Below are positions 9,452-19,242 of a stretch of 64,000 nucleotides of DNA, in pieces. Below the pieces are notes generated by a model. It saw only the letters and a program-made list of their open reading frames with translations, searched no databases and was not told the DNA's origin. The stretch's first letter is position 1. Each line of letters starts with the position of its first letter. A program made the position numbers and the translations under genes. This stretch comes from an uncultured SAR86 cluster bacterium (GTDB lineage Bacteria > Pseudomonadota > Gammaproteobacteria > Magnimaribacterales > D2472): contig CACJKN010000002.1 in the NCBI GenBank assembly GCA_902594005.1, forward strand, positions 3,639 through 67,638, in the 5' to 3' direction.

Positions 9452-10411
9452 ATGTCACTAGATCGAAGGTTCTGCGTAGCTCCTATGATGAGATACACAG
9501 ATATGCATGAAAGATTCTTTTTAAGACTCATATCTAAAAAAGCAGTCCTATATACAGAAATGATTTCCACAGGAGCCCTAATACATGGAAATTGTGATTA
9601 TCAGTTAGATTTTAATAAAGAAGAGCATCCTGTAGCTGTTCAATTTGGTGGTTCTTCGCCTCAAGAGTTATCTCAATGCTCAATAAAGGCTGAAAAAAAG
9701 GGATACGATGAAATTAACCTGAATATAGGATGCCCATCTGAAAGAGTGCAAAAAGGTAATTTTGGAGTATGTTTAATGCTTGAGCCTGACCTGGTTGCAG
9801 AATGTGCAAGTAAAATGAGGAACTCCGTAGATATTCCTGTGACTATTAAATGCAGAACTGGTGTTGATGATAATGATGATTATGAATTTTTGAAATCATT
9901 TATAAGTACTGTCAAGGATTCTGGTGTTAAAACTTTTATAATCCATGCGAGGAAAGGAATTTTAAAAGGTTTAAGCCCAAGACAAAATAGAAATATCCCA
10001 CCCTTAAACTATCAAAAAGTTTATTCAATAAAGGATGATTTTCCAGAATTAGAAATTATTATTAATGGCGGCATCAAAACTATTAGTGAGGCAAAGAATC
10101 ATCTTACTTATGTAGATGGAGTTATGTTGGGAAGAGCAGCCTACGATGATCCTTTTATGCTCAGTGATATAGATTCTGAAATTTACTCAAATACTAAAGT
10201 AGAGATAAGTAGAAAAGATCTTCTTACAGAATATTTAAATTATGTTCATCTTATGACTCAAAAAGGTTATGACCCTAAAATTATGTTGAAACATGTATTT
10301 GGGCTTAAAAAAGGTGAAAAAGATGCTAAAAGATTTAGGGTAAAAGTAGCTGAGATAATGAACTCATCGAGTCTGGTTAAAAACAAAGATGACTTACTAT
10401 CAATGGTTTAG
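9452..10411 (+). CDS. dusA: tRNA-dihydrouridine synthase A
   Basis: FCVAPMMRYTDMHERFF, NLNIGCPSERVQKG and IHARKG motifs of the DusA subfamily. Confidence 0.85.
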   Translation: MSLDRRFCVAPMMRYTDMHERFFLRLISKKAVLYTEMISTGALIHGNCDYQLDFNKEEHPVAVQFGGSSPQELSQCSIKAEKKGYDEINLNIGCPSERVQKGNFGVCLMLEPDLVAECASKMRNSVDIPVTIKCRTGVDDNDDYEFLKSFISTVKDSGVKTFIIHARKGILKGLSPRQNRNIPPLNYQKVYSIKDDFPELEIIINGGIKTISEAKNHLTYVDGVMLGRAAYDDPFMLSDIDSEIYSNTKVEISRKDLLTEYLNYVHLMTQKGYDPKIMLKHVFGLKKGEKDAKRFRVKVAEIMNSSSLVKNKDDLLSMV

Positions 10412-11106
10412 TTATCTCCAAATATATCTTCCATATCATCTAAAAATTCATCTTCCTCAGTCGAACCATTATTAATTTCATATTCTCTAGATTGGACATA
10501 AGCATCTTTAACAAAAATATACTTATCTCCGATAATAAGTGTTTCAGCATCTAGAAGGCGCTCTCTAGTCTCGAGAGCATCAATACCTACCAATGTTATC
10601 TTTACATCATTATCTTCCATTGCGAATGTACCGGAAAGGAAGCTTGAAATTGGTCTACTCAATAAATCTCTTGGATTACTCGGGCCTAAAAAGGGAAGCA
10701 TAATATAAGGGCCTGAATCAAAACCCCAAACACCAAGTGTTTGTCCAAAATCTTCCTCATGTCTTTCAAGACCCATTTTTGATGCAACATCAATTAAGCC
10801 AAATAATCCAATAGTAGAGTTGATAACAAATCTACTTGCATCATTGAATGCATATTTAATTTCTCCCTGGAGTACTTGATTTATAGTGGTATCAATTTCT
10901 TCAAGATTATTAAAAAAGTTTGTTACTCCTGTTCTAGCAAATTGAGGTGTAACTTTTCTATATGTTAAGGCAGCTGGCTTTAAAAGTTTTTCATCTAATT
11001 TCTCATTAAAGATAAAAATATCCCTATTTAGATCCTCAAATGGATCATTTATTTCTTCACCAAAGATTGGAAAAGATAATAATAAAATAAGTAAAAATCT
11101 ATTCAT
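10408..11106 (-). CDS. mlaA: Outer-membrane lipid asymmetry protein MlaA/VacJ
   Basis: DPFEDLNRDIFIFNEKLDEKLLKPAALTYRKVTP and GPYIMLPFLGPSNPRD are VacJ-family signatures. Has an N-terminal signal peptide. Confidence 0.8.
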   Translation of the reverse strand: MNRFLLILLLSFPIFGEEINDPFEDLNRDIFIFNEKLDEKLLKPAALTYRKVTPQFARTGVTNFFNNLEEIDTTINQVLQGEIKYAFNDASRFVINSTIGLFGLIDVASKMGLERHEEDFGQTLGVWGFDSGPYIMLPFLGPSNPRDLLSRPISSFLSGTFAMEDNDVKITLVGIDALETRERLLDAETLIIGDKYIFVKDAYVQSREYEINNGSTEEDEFLDDMEDIFGDN

Positions 11107-11794
11107 GCTCTCTGATTGCTCGTATTGTATTTAGAAATAAAGTATCTAATTTTAAATCATCAAATGGATATGTTGAATCTATGAATTTTTTATCATATTC
11201 AACTCTATCTAAAACTGTATTCTCAGTTTCTAAGTTAAAACTCTGGAAATCATCACTTTGATGAATATTGTTTAGGATAATGCCTAATACTTTAATATTT
11301 AAGCTTGCAAAAACATGTTCAGATCTCCTTAAATCTGCAATTGATAATTTAGATATAGTTGATACTAAAATTACAAAATCAGGAACAATTTTTTGACATA
11401 CCGTTAAATAGGCATCGCCTGTTCCAGGAGGCATATCAATTAAAAGAAAATCTAGTTCGTCCCAATTAGTTTTTTCATATATCTGGTTGATGGCAGAGCT
11501 CAACATGGGCCCTCTCCAGATAGCAGCATTTTTATCGAGTAAGAATCCTAGAGAGTTTACTGAAATATTATCAACTTTTTTTGGTATATATGGTCTGTCA
11601 GTATTTTTTTTATCTACTTCAATATTCTTATCATTAATGTCGAATAATATATCTTGATTAGGGCCGTAAATATCTGCATCTAAAATACCAACTTTGCTCT
11701 CCTTTGATAGAGCTGTAGCTAAAAAAGAGCAAACAGTTGATTTACCAACTCCGCCTTTTGCTGAAGCAATTGCAATAGTTTTTTTTATAGTCAT
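11099..11794 (-). CDS. apbC: Mrp/ApbC-type P-loop ATPase (short form, lacks the CxxC cluster-binding motif)
   Basis: IAIASAKGGVGKST deviant Walker A and DMPPGTGD. Divergent from metG, like E. coli mrp. No DUF59 N-domain, and no Cys pair after the ...LGIILNN segment. Confidence 0.7.
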   Translation of the reverse strand: MTIKKTIAIASAKGGVGKSTVCSFLATALSKESKVGILDADIYGPNQDILFDINDKNIEVDKKNTDRPYIPKKVDNISVNSLGFLLDKNAAIWRGPMLSSAINQIYEKTNWDELDFLLIDMPPGTGDAYLTVCQKIVPDFVILVSTISKLSIADLRRSEHVFASLNIKVLGIILNNIHQSDDFQSFNLETENTVLDRVEYDKKFIDSTYPFDDLKLDTLFLNTIRAIREHE

Positions 11795-11833
11795 TATCTA
11801 ATTAACTTATAATATATTAAAAATTATCACAAA

Positions 11834-13783
11834 ATGAAATCACGAAAGATTCTGGTAACAAGCGCATTGCCATATGCGAATGGTTCAATACATATTGGGC
11901 ATGTTCTTGAATCTGTAATTACTGATATCTGGGTAAGATACCAAAATCTTAATGGTAATGAATGTCTTTACTTTTGTGCAGATGATACGCACGGAACTCC
12001 TGTCATGCTGAAAGCCAAAGAGCTTGGAATAGAGCCTGAAGAGCTTATTAAAAGAACTAGAGAGGAGCATATAAGAAGTTATTCAAAATTTAATATTAAT
12101 TTTGATAATTTTTATACTACGCATTCAGACGAGAACAAGAAATATGCTGAAGATATTTATCAAAAATGTAAAGAAGGAAATCTAATTTTTAAAAAAGAAA
12201 TTGAACAGTTTTATGACTCGGAAGAAGGTTTATTCTTATCTGATAGATTTATAAAAGGCACATGTCCAAAATGTGGCGCTGAAGATCAGTATGGTGATGG
12301 TTGTTCTGTCTGTGGCACGACTTATACACCCGATGATTTAGTAAATCCAGTATCATCATTATCGAATTCTGAGCTTACCAAGAAAAAAACTGAACATGTG
12401 TTTTTTGATTTACCTCAAATGAAAGATTTTCTTGAAAATTATCTCAAAGACTTAGCTCTTCAAGATCCGATAAAAAATAAACTAAATGAGTGGATTGAGG
12501 ATGGGTTAAAGCCATGGGATATATCAAGAGACAAACCATACTTTGGATTTGAAATACCTGGAGAAAAAGATAAATATTTTTATGTTTGGCTTGATGCACC
12601 GATTGGATATTTAGCTTCTGCAAAAAATTGGGCAGAAAACAATAGTATGGATATGAATGATTTATGGGGTGAAAGCTCTGATTATGAAATTCATCATTTT
12701 ATTGGAAAAGATATTGCCTATTTTCATGCCCTATTCTGGCCAGCGCTTTTAAAGTCATCAAATATTCGCTTACCTGAGTCAATAAATGTTCATGGATTTT
12801 TAACTATTGATGGTGAGAAGATGTCAAAATCCAATGGAACCTTTATAAATGCAGATGATTTTGCTGAAAATTATGATGGTGAATTATTAAGATATTATTT
12901 TGCAGATAAGTTTAATAATTCAATTGATGATCTAGATTTTAATGAAGATGAATTTATTCAAAAAATTAATTCAGATATCGTCGGCAAATATCTAAATATT
13001 GCTAGCAGAGTTTCAAAATTTATTGAGAAGAATGGCAATAGTCTCTCTGCAAACTTAGATGAAGACTTTATTAAGAAAAATCTGGCTAAGATCGATGAAG
13101 TGATTGAGCATTATGAAGACTTAAATCTTTCTAAATCTGTAAAAATTATTATGAAGATGGCAGATGAAGTTAATAAATATATTAATGAGAATGAGCCTTG
13201 GAAATCTAGTGAAGAAAAGGCTGTAGAGGTATCTTCGACAGCAATTAACTGTTTTAGAGTTATCTCAATATTGCTTAATCCTGTTCTACCAACAATAACA
13301 TCAAAGGCTTTAGAGGTATTTAATGATAGTGCTACAAATGATTTTAATAATATTAAGGATTATCTTGTAGATACAAAAATTAATCCATATAAGCCCCTAT
13401 TAAAAAGATTAGAAAAAGCTAAAATAAATGAGGAAATTGAAATGGAAGATTCAAATTTAATTGATATCAAAGATTTTGCAAAGGTTGAGCTTCGCGTAGC
13501 TAAAATTGTTAAAGCTGAAGGTATAGAAGAAGCTGATAAGCTCATAAAATTACATCTTGATGTGGGTGATCTTGGTAAAAGAACTGTTTTTGCTGGCATA
13601 AAAAGTGCATATGATCCTGAGAGTCTTAATGGAAGACATGTTGTATTAGTTGCAAATCTTGAGCCAAGGAAAATGAAATTTGGAGTATCGGAAGGAATGG
13701 TCTTAGCGTCGAGTAATGATGAGGGATCAATTTATTTAATATCACCAGATGAAGGTGCAAAGCCAGGTCAGTTAGTTAAATAA
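11834..13783 (+). CDS. metG: Methionyl-tRNA synthetase with C-terminal tRNA-binding (EMAP-like) domain
   Basis: HIGH region (YANGSIHIGHV), KMSKS (GEKMSKSNG), Zn knuckles CPKCGAEDQYGDGCSVCG, C-terminal VELRVAKIVKAE...GQLVK. Confidence 0.95.
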   Translation: MKSRKILVTSALPYANGSIHIGHVLESVITDIWVRYQNLNGNECLYFCADDTHGTPVMLKAKELGIEPEELIKRTREEHIRSYSKFNINFDNFYTTHSDENKKYAEDIYQKCKEGNLIFKKEIEQFYDSEEGLFLSDRFIKGTCPKCGAEDQYGDGCSVCGTTYTPDDLVNPVSSLSNSELTKKKTEHVFFDLPQMKDFLENYLKDLALQDPIKNKLNEWIEDGLKPWDISRDKPYFGFEIPGEKDKYFYVWLDAPIGYLASAKNWAENNSMDMNDLWGESSDYEIHHFIGKDIAYFHALFWPALLKSSNIRLPESINVHGFLTIDGEKMSKSNGTFINADDFAENYDGELLRYYFADKFNNSIDDLDFNEDEFIQKINSDIVGKYLNIASRVSKFIEKNGNSLSANLDEDFIKKNLAKIDEVIEHYEDLNLSKSVKIIMKMADEVNKYINENEPWKSSEEKAVEVSSTAINCFRVISILLNPVLPTITSKALEVFNDSATNDFNNIKDYLVDTKINPYKPLLKRLEKAKINEEIEMEDSNLIDIKDFAKVELRVAKIVKAEGIEEADKLIKLHLDVGDLGKRTVFAGIKSAYDPESLNGRHVVLVANLEPRKMKFGVSEGMVLASSNDEGSIYLISPDEGAKPGQLVK

Positions 13784-14808
13784 TGAAAGAAACGGATATT
13801 TTAATAGTTGGAGCAGGTCCCGTAGGACTTTTTACAGTTTTTGAAGCTGGCCTATTAGGATTAAATTGCACATTAATCGATAACTTAGACAAACCTGGCG
13901 GGCAATGCGCCGAGCTTTATCCTGAAAAACCTATCTATGATATCCCAGGAGTCCCATTTCAAACAGCACAAGAACATGTTGACGCCCTATTAAAGCAAAT
14001 AGAACCTTTTGATTATGATTTAAATTTATCCCAAAGAGTTCAAACAATTTCAGAAGATGGTGACTTTTGGATTGTAGAAACTAATGAGGGTAATAAATTT
14101 AAAACAAAAAATATATTCATTGCAGCAGGTGCTGGATCTTTTGAACCAAGAAGACCGGCAAATATTGAAAATCCTGATTTATTTCTCAATAAGGGAGTAA
14201 CGTATGCCGTAAGAAATATGGATCAATACAAAGACAAAGAAGTATTCATTTTTGGTGGCGGAGACTCTGCTTTAGATTGGACAGTGGAATTAAGTAAAAT
14301 CGCCTCTCATGTTAGCTTGGTTCATAGAAGAGATCAGTTTAGAGGTGCATATAAAACTGAACAAGAAATGAGAGATTTAGTTAAAAATGAAAAAGTTAGT
14401 CTTTTTACACCTCACTTAATCAATGAAATAGTTGGAGACAAAAAAGTAACTGGAGTTAAACTTAAGAACTTCGAAACTTTAGAGATTTCGGAACATAAAG
14501 CCGATGAACTGCTATTCCTCTTTGGTTTAAATAAAAAACTAGGCCCAATACTTGATTGGGAGATTGATTTAGAAGATAAAAAAATATCTGTAAATACCAC
14601 TACTTTTGAAACATCTAAAAAAGGTATATTTGCTGTAGGTGATATTAATCATTACGAAGGAAAGCTTGATCTTATTTTATGTGGATTCCATGAAACAACA
14701 CTTGCAGTCCAAGAGGCTTTTAAGAGAATAAATCCTGGTGAGAGAGTTCCCTTTGGATATACAACCTCAAATAAAAAACTTCAAAAAAAACTTGGCGTAA
14801 TTGATTGA
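13783..14808 (+). CDS. Ferredoxin-NADP+ reductase, thioredoxin-reductase-like type
   Basis: DILIVGAGPVGLF FAD motif, GGQCAELYPEKPIYDIPG, second dinucleotide fold FGGGDSALDW. No CxxC redox pair, which fits an FNR rather than a TrxB. Confidence 0.75.
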   Translation: MKETDILIVGAGPVGLFTVFEAGLLGLNCTLIDNLDKPGGQCAELYPEKPIYDIPGVPFQTAQEHVDALLKQIEPFDYDLNLSQRVQTISEDGDFWIVETNEGNKFKTKNIFIAAGAGSFEPRRPANIENPDLFLNKGVTYAVRNMDQYKDKEVFIFGGGDSALDWTVELSKIASHVSLVHRRDQFRGAYKTEQEMRDLVKNEKVSLFTPHLINEIVGDKKVTGVKLKNFETLEISEHKADELLFLFGLNKKLGPILDWEIDLEDKKISVNTTTFETSKKGIFAVGDINHYEGKLDLILCGFHETTLAVQEAFKRINPGERVPFGYTTSNKKLQKKLGVID

Positions 14809-15380
14809 AAGAAAAGTTTAGAAAGTTCCTTCCGGTAGTTGTAGATATGGAAACTGGTGGTTTTGATCCAGTTAACGATGCACTATTGGAAATTGCTATT
14901 ACTCTTATAGATTACGACAAAGAATTTCGAGTTGGCACCACTCATAGGCATCACATAATACCGTTTGAAGGTTTAAATGTATCTGAGGAATCTCTCGAAT
15001 TTACCGGCATTGATCTTAATCACCCTCTAAGAAATGCAGTTGATGAAAAAGAAGCTTTAAAAGACCTTTTTAGTATCATCAATAAACATAAGAATAAATA
15101 TGAGTGCAGTAGAGCTATTCTTGTTGGACATAATGCTCATTTTGATTTGGGTTTTTTAAATGAGTCCATTAAGAGAAATAATATTAAAAGATCTCCTTTC
15201 CACCCCTTCTCAGTTTTTGATACTGTATCTATAGGTGGAATTTTTACTGGTCAAACTGTCCTTGCAAGAGTTGCTAAAGAGCTAGGCTTTGATTATGAAA
15301 ACGAATTGGCTCATTCAGCATCATATGATTCAGAAATTACGGCGAAAGTTTTCTGTAAAATCTTAAATAAAATAGATTAG
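14805..15380 (+). CDS. rnt: Ribonuclease T (DEDDh exonuclease)
   Basis: FLPVVVDMETGGFDP (ExoI), GHNAHFDLGFL (ExoII), HSASYDSEITAKVF (ExoIII with His). TTG start overlaps the upstream stop. Confidence 0.8.
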   Translation: MKEKFRKFLPVVVDMETGGFDPVNDALLEIAITLIDYDKEFRVGTTHRHHIIPFEGLNVSEESLEFTGIDLNHPLRNAVDEKEALKDLFSIINKHKNKYECSRAILVGHNAHFDLGFLNESIKRNNIKRSPFHPFSVFDTVSIGGIFTGQTVLARVAKELGFDYENELAHSASYDSEITAKVFCKILNKID

Positions 15381-15691
15381 CCTAATGCATCATCAACAAG
15401 TTTTTGAAGCTCGCCTGATTCATGCATTTGCGTAACAATGTCACAACCCCCAATTAACTCACCGGAAATAAAAACCTGAGGAAAGGTTGGCCAGTCAGTT
15501 ACAGAAGGAAGTGTTGCTCTAACTTCTTGATTTTCTAGGATATCAACAAATGAGAATTGAGCCCCACAATCTATTAATGCTTGTACAGTCTTTGATGAAA
15601 AACCGCATCTTGGCTCATATGGCGTGCCCTTCATATAAATAAGCACAGGATTTTCTTTGATTTGTTGTTTAAGTTTTTCTTCTAGGCTCAT
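15377..15691 (-). CDS. grxD: Monothiol glutaredoxin Grx4
   Basis: CGFS active site (PRCGFSSK), WPTFPQVFISGELIGGCD. Confidence 0.9.
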   Translation of the reverse strand: MSLEEKLKQQIKENPVLIYMKGTPYEPRCGFSSKTVQALIDCGAQFSFVDILENQEVRATLPSVTDWPTFPQVFISGELIGGCDIVTQMHESGELQKLVDDALG

Positions 15692-16434
15692 TTAATTATC
15701 TTAATATACTGTGAAAGAACATTATCCAATCCATGGATAAGTGATTCAGTTATTATAGCGTGACCAATTGAAACTTCATCAATAATATTGAGATCAATTA
15801 ATTCAGGAAGATTTTCTAAGTTGAGGTCATGACCCGCATTGAGTTTTAAATTATTTGATTTTATATACTTGAAAATCTCATGCATTTCTTCAATGTATGA
15901 AACTCTTTCATCTTTGTTAAGTTTTGCATATGGTCCAGTATAAATTTCTACTGCATTTACACCCATTTCCAAAGCATAATCTACAGATTCGAGATTGGCA
16001 TCAATAAACATACTTACGTGTGAACAATCTTCATGGAGTCTTTCTATAATTAATTTTAATTCCTCATCATGATCTCCCCTTATCCAACCATGATCTGAGG
16101 TTATTTGATTGTCTTCATCCGGAACAAGTGTTGCTTGATAAGGTTTTATATCTTTAACTAAGTTTTCGTATCCCCTAAATGAACCATTTTCATTATTAAA
16201 TGGGTTACCCTCAATGTTAAATTCAAGATTATTTTCTTTACATAAAGTAGCTAAATCTATGACATCTGATGACAAAGCATGTCTCTCATCTGATCTAGGA
16301 TGAAGAGTAAGGCCACAAATATCATGCTCCATACATGATTTAGCAAAATTCACTAATGATGGATAATCTGATCCTCTTGCATTTCTAAGAAGTGCAACCT
16401 TATTCAAGTTAACGCTTAAATTTGTTTTATTCAT
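15688..16434 (-). CDS. pdxJ: Pyridoxine 5'-phosphate synthase
   Basis: LSVNLNKVALLRNARG N-terminus, HPRSDERH, EGNP, VSIGHAII. PdxJ family pattern. Confidence 0.85.
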   Translation of the reverse strand: MNKTNLSVNLNKVALLRNARGSDYPSLVNFAKSCMEHDICGLTLHPRSDERHALSSDVIDLATLCKENNLEFNIEGNPFNNENGSFRGYENLVKDIKPYQATLVPDEDNQITSDHGWIRGDHDEELKLIIERLHEDCSHVSMFIDANLESVDYALEMGVNAVEIYTGPYAKLNKDERVSYIEEMHEIFKYIKSNNLKLNAGHDLNLENLPELIDLNIIDEVSIGHAIITESLIHGLDNVLSQYIKIIK

Positions 16435-16468
16435 AAAATCTATATTAATTATAACTAATATTTATGTT

Positions 16469-17806
16469 TTAACTAATATTTTCTTTTATAGTCGAATGAG
16501 CTTCTCGTGAAATATTATGTTTTGATAAAAGATAGCTAGCAAGAAAAAAACACATTACTGGAATAAAGTGATACATATATAAAAGAGTATTCTTGGTAAA
16601 TTCTGAATTATCAGATCCTAAAGTAATATCAAAACCAATTACACTCTCAAGAAATATATAAGGAAAGGCTACCGCAAGGGTATAACCTACTTTGGTAATT
16701 GTTGTGTAGTATGCAAACATAGCTCCAGATTTATTAACATCTGATTCTGCCTGCTCTGCATCCGAGACGTCAGCTACCATAGAAATAATCAATGGTGCAG
16801 CGCCTGAAAAGGATATCCCATACATTGCCAGAACAAAAAATAGTACTCCTGCTTTTACTGATTCACTTGCATCACTTATATAAAGAACAACAAAAAATTG
16901 GAGTAGAAATAGAATCCCTGCATATAGAAGACATAATGATGCAGCAAAATGTTTTGTAAATTTTAGGCCAATATATCTCCATAAAAATATTCCTATAACC
17001 GCAAATGTAAAGTTTACGAATATAGCCCTTGATGCGTAATCACCAAGCTCAAGAATAGAGTCCATAAAGATTACAAATAAACCGCCAGTTAAGCTTTGAG
17101 CGAAAGCAAGAAGAACGCTTGCCAAAACAAGTCTATTTAAAGTTTTATTCTTAAAGAATCTCTTGAAGGATTTTAGTGGGTTATCGTAATTTGAAGCAGT
17201 CCTCTTATCATCTAAAAAAAATAGACCAAGAAATATTGTTAGAGGAATACCAACCAAAGCGAATACACCAATTGCATTGATCTTTAGGAGAAATGATCCT
17301 TCATAGATCTCTATTACTGCAGGTATAGAAATAACAATTAATGTTGCGATGATCGCAATAATTTCTCTCAATGTTAATAATTTAGTTCTTTCATCATATT
17401 CAGGAGCGATAAATGATGCCCATGAAAGCTGAGCTATATTGGCAAGGGTAAATCCGCTGTAAAGAGTAAATAAAGCAATAAACAAGTACCAACCACTAAT
17501 AAATTCATCTTGAGGAAAAAAAAGGAAATATGCGCTTAGGCATAAAACAGGTAGCGATAAGAAAATCCAATGTTTGTGTTTTCCAAATCTTGATGGATAT
17601 CTGTCAACCAATGCGCCCATAATGGGATCAGTGAATACGTCTATAATTCTGCCAGCAAAGAAGATTAATCCCACCAAAGAAAGTCCAAGATTATAGTTTG
17701 AAGCATAAAAAGGAAGAATATATACAAGGATAGGTATCCCGGTTACTGGAAATGGAAAAACCAATAATGAATATATGATCTTTTTATTGTTTTCTGAAAT
17801 AACCAT
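16469..17806 (-). CDS. MFS transporter, glycoside-pentoside-hexuronide (GPH) cation symporter family
   Basis: 12-TM profile. DVFTDPIMGALVDRYPSRFGKHKHW matches the GPH loop 2-3 signature (compare MelB DAITDPIMG...RWGKFKPW). Confidence 0.7.
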   Translation of the reverse strand: MVISENNKKIIYSLLVFPFPVTGIPILVYILPFYASNYNLGLSLVGLIFFAGRIIDVFTDPIMGALVDRYPSRFGKHKHWIFLSLPVLCLSAYFLFFPQDEFISGWYLFIALFTLYSGFTLANIAQLSWASFIAPEYDERTKLLTLREIIAIIATLIVISIPAVIEIYEGSFLLKINAIGVFALVGIPLTIFLGLFFLDDKRTASNYDNPLKSFKRFFKNKTLNRLVLASVLLAFAQSLTGGLFVIFMDSILELGDYASRAIFVNFTFAVIGIFLWRYIGLKFTKHFAASLCLLYAGILFLLQFFVVLYISDASESVKAGVLFFVLAMYGISFSGAAPLIISMVADVSDAEQAESDVNKSGAMFAYYTTITKVGYTLAVAFPYIFLESVIGFDITLGSDNSEFTKNTLLYMYHFIPVMCFFLASYLLSKHNISREAHSTIKENIS

Positions 17807-17845
17807 TTGGATTAGAATACTATACTTGTAATTAATCTATTTTAA

Positions 17846-18019
17846 ATGGCTAAATTAAATAAAAATCTTTTAAATATCCTGGTCTGTCCTGTCTCCAAAG
17901 GGAAGTTAGTTTATGATGAAGAAAATAATGAACTCATCTGCGAAGAGTCTAAATTAGCTTATCCAATTATTGATGGCATTCCTGCTATGCTTAAAGAAAA
18001 AGCACGTAAGATTTCTTAA
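17846..18019 (+). CDS. ycaR: Trm112/YcaR-family small protein (UPF0434)
   Basis: 57-aa ORF below the track threshold, translated by hand: MAKLNKNLLNILVCPVSKGKLVYDEENNELICEESKLAYPIIDGIPAMLKEKARKIS. Collinear with E. coli YcaR (LLEIIACPVCNGKL...ELICK...AFPLRDGIPVLLE). Confidence 0.75.
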   Translation: MAKLNKNLLNILVCPVSKGKLVYDEENNELICEESKLAYPIIDGIPAMLKEKARKIS

Positions 18020-18044
18020 TCCTTTTATTTTATAATTCTAGTAT

Positions 18045-18122
18045 GCGCCTGTAGCTCAGTTGGATTAGAGTGCTTGGCTACGAACCAAGAGGTCGGAGGT
18101 TCGAATCCTTCCAGGCGCGCCA
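18045..18122 (+). tRNA. tRNA-Arg (anticodon ACG)
   Basis: Hand-folded cloverleaf: acceptor GCGCCTG/CAGGCGC, anticodon arm CTTGG-CTACGAA-CCAAG, T arm GGAGG-TTCGAAT-CCTTC, encoded CCA. The 3' end abuts the stop codon of the convergent gene. Confidence 0.9.
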
Positions 18123-19205
18123 TTAATTATTAGAATTAGCATACTGGTTTAATAGAATGCTTTTTACCTCATTTTGCTCGTCTTTTAGCCTCTCTGAGAA
18201 GTATTCATTGTCTTCAAGTTTAAGATCTTTATTCAAAATAGATAAAGCATCTTTATTTGTAGGATGATTATGAAACTGATTAGATATTTCATTAGTTATT
18301 TGCTCAGCAACTATCTCATAAGAGTCTGATCCGAAGTTCATTACATTTCCAATATTCAATACTACCGATCCTTTAAAGCCTGATATTCCCCTAGATATAC
18401 TTTCAAGGTCTTCATTTTCTTTTTTTTCATAAAAGCCCTTTACCTCGGTCTCATAAATCTCTTTAGCTTTATTCAAATCATTTGGGTCAAACTCATATGA
18501 AATAGATACTGGAATAACTTTCATTTGATTAAAGAAATCAGAAATAGATAACTCTTTTCTTTTGGTAAGATGGATCATTTTTAGAATTGCTGGATCTGTT
18601 ATATCTTTACCATCTTTTGCCCTTCCCTCACGTTGAGCAATCCAGATAGATTCATTTTCAACTTTTACTTTATTGAATATGAATTCTGAAACTAGATTGA
18701 GTGATTGATAAATTTCTCTCTTTGATGATCCAGATCTTGGTATTATAAAACTCTTATTGAGGCGCATAAGATCTGCAGCCCACTTTTGATCCATAAGATT
18801 ACTACCTACAGCTATATTTACAGTAGAAAAGTCATTTTTGTGAAGAGCAAGGTTTAAAAACGCAGGGTCTAAAGTAATGTCTCTATGATTTGAAATAAAT
18901 AGATATGAAGTATTTTCTTGAAGGTTTTCCAGCCCATTATATGTAAAACCACTTGATGTATCTTTTATGATCTTTTCCATAATCTTTTCATACATATTTT
19001 GATATTGATGGATTGATTTAATTTTTTTGAATCTTCTGCTGAGATATAAAGATAAAAATAATCCCAAAAAAGAATTTAAAAAAGTGTTGTGGTAGCCCCT
19101 GGAATGTAAAAAGGCATTTATAACTTTCTTATTAGATGCAAGTTCACGAAGTTTAGATTCAACTTCGTGATCATAATAAGGCCTTATTTCTTCAAATTTA
19201 TCCAA
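18123..19205 (-). CDS. Phospholipid/glycerol acyltransferase family protein (PlsC-domain)
   Basis: HX4D acyltransferase motif in FISNHRDITLDPAF, plus the later QREGRAKDG block. Substrate unknown. Confidence 0.6.
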   Translation of the reverse strand: MDKFEEIRPYYDHEVESKLRELASNKKVINAFLHSRGYHNTFLNSFLGLFLSLYLSRRFKKIKSIHQYQNMYEKIMEKIIKDTSSGFTYNGLENLQENTSYLFISNHRDITLDPAFLNLALHKNDFSTVNIAVGSNLMDQKWAADLMRLNKSFIIPRSGSSKREIYQSLNLVSEFIFNKVKVENESIWIAQREGRAKDGKDITDPAILKMIHLTKRKELSISDFFNQMKVIPVSISYEFDPNDLNKAKEIYETEVKGFYEKKENEDLESISRGISGFKGSVVLNIGNVMNFGSDSYEIVAEQITNEISNQFHNHPTNKDALSILNKDLKLEDNEYFSERLKDEQNEVKSILLNQYANSNN

Positions 19206-19242
19206 GTTGTATAATGATTTTTAAGAGTATTTTACAAAATAT

